A DNA stretch of 63,201 nt, counting the filler, from Chiloscyllium plagiosum (Eukaryota), in the NCBI RefSeq assembly GCF_004010195.1. It is 9 parts of one record of this genome, joined end to end, with 100 filler letters (N's around TTAATTAATTAA, not from the genome) between each part and the next. Parts side by side here need not be neighbours in the genome. Positions count along the whole stretch, not along the records: positions 59,094 to 63,201 come from NC_057715.1; 8 more parts are not named here. One strand, written 5' to 3'. Under the pieces are notes generated by a model. The model saw only the letters and a list, made by a program, of their open reading frames with translations. It was not told the DNA's origin and searched no databases. A program made the position numbers and the translations under genes. Positions 61,960 to 63,201 of this stretch are shown here, one piece after another (within the stretch, counting starts at the first letter, position 1; the number at the start of each line of letters is the position of its first letter).

Positions 61960-63201
61960 GAGTGGGTGTTCAGATAAGTGGGTATGGATGCTAGGGCAGT
62001 TACTTGCTCCTCCTGCAGAATGTGGCAGGTGGGAGCCATGGCACACATCTGCAGGAAGTGCACCCAACTCCAGCTCCTTGAAAACCGTGTTAGGGAATTG
62101 GAGCTGGAGCTGGATGAACTACGGATCATTTGGGAGGCTGAGGGGGTAATTGAGAGGAGTTACCGGGAGTTGGTCACTCCTAAGGCTCAGGACAAGGATA
62201 GATGGGTTACAGTCAGGGGGAGGAAAGGGGACAGACAGACAGTGCAGAGATCCCCTGTGGACATTCCCCTCAGCAATAAGTATACCGTTTTGGATACTGC
62301 TGGGGGGGGGGTGGGAAATGGCCTACCAGAGGAAAGCCATAGTAGTCAGTTCTCTGGCACTGAGTCTGACACTGTGGCAAAGCAGGGAAGGGGGCAGAAT
62401 AGAAAAGTACTCGTGGTAGGGGATTCGATAGTTAGGGAATCGACAGGAGACTTTGTGGTCAGGATCGGGATTTCCGGAAAGTATGTTGTCTCCCTGGTGC
62501 CAGGGTCCGGGACGTCTCCGATCAGGTGTATAAGGTTCTAATAGGGGAGGGCGAACAGCCAGAAATCTTGCTACATATTGGCACTAATGATATAGCCATG
62601 AAAAGGATCAAGGATATAAAGAGTGATTTCAGGGAGTTAGGATGGAAGCTGCAAAGCAGGACGAACAGAGTAGTGTTCTCCAGTTTACTACCGGTGCCAC
62701 GAGATAGCGAGGTGAGGAACAGGGAGAGGGTGTAGATTAATACGTGGCTGCCCAGTTGGTGTAGGAGGGAGGCCTTCAGATATGTAGATAATTGGGATGC
62801 CTTCTGGGGAAGGTGGGACCTGTACAAGAAGGATGGGTTGCATCTGAACTGGAAGGGGACCAATGTCCTGGGTGGAAGGTTTGCTCGAGTGGTTCGAGAG
62901 GGTTTAAACTATTATGGCAGGGGGGTGGGGACCTGAGCTGTATACCGGAGGTGAGAGTTGATGCACATGAGGCAATAGCAAGAGGTAGACCAGCTAGTGG
63001 GAAGGATTTTCCTGGGAAGGAACCAAGGGATCAGTTAAAGTATGTTTGCTTTAACGCAAGGAGTATCAGGAATAAAAGTGATGAACTTAGAGCATGGATC
63101 AGTACCTGGTGCTATGATGTTGTGGCCATAACAGAGACATGGGTTTCTCAGGGGCAGGAATGGTTGCTGGATGTTCCAGGGTTTAGAGCATTTAAAAAGA
63201 A
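61960..63201 (+). mobile_element. CR1 5' region: ORF1 (zinc finger/leucine zipper plus SGNH esterase; frameshift and stop) and start of ORF2 endonuclease
   Basis: CSSC...CRKC, LELELDEL; VGDSIVR, HIGTND, DGLHL; FNARSIRNK...AITETW. Confidence 0.93.

Overview
Repeat-dominated vertebrate DNA, almost certainly from a shark. It carries HE1-type and SacSINE1/Deu-type SINEs, CR1 LINEs and Penelope families typical of elasmobranchs; a bamboo shark is my inference. Most of the window is fragmented CR1, L2-like, L1/Tx1, Penelope and Harbinger elements plus assembly gaps, eight of which carry an artificial TTAATTAATTAA linker. Two phase-compatible coding exons of an unidentified host gene lie on the minus strand at about 53.4-54.5 kb. 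The main result concerns the 'unique' islands between transposons. Translated through stops and frameshifts, many read as decayed intronless genes of negative-strand RNA viruses: influenza-like (orthomyxovirus) PB2 x3, PB1 x3, PA x3, NP x2 and M1 x2, and bornavirus-like nucleoprotein x4. Together they form a dense multi-virus endogenous viral element (EVE) cluster. These calls rest on hand alignment to influenza A and BoDV-1 proteins recalled from memory; no database search was run. The Penelope ends also encode minimal type-I hammerhead ribozymes of three families.
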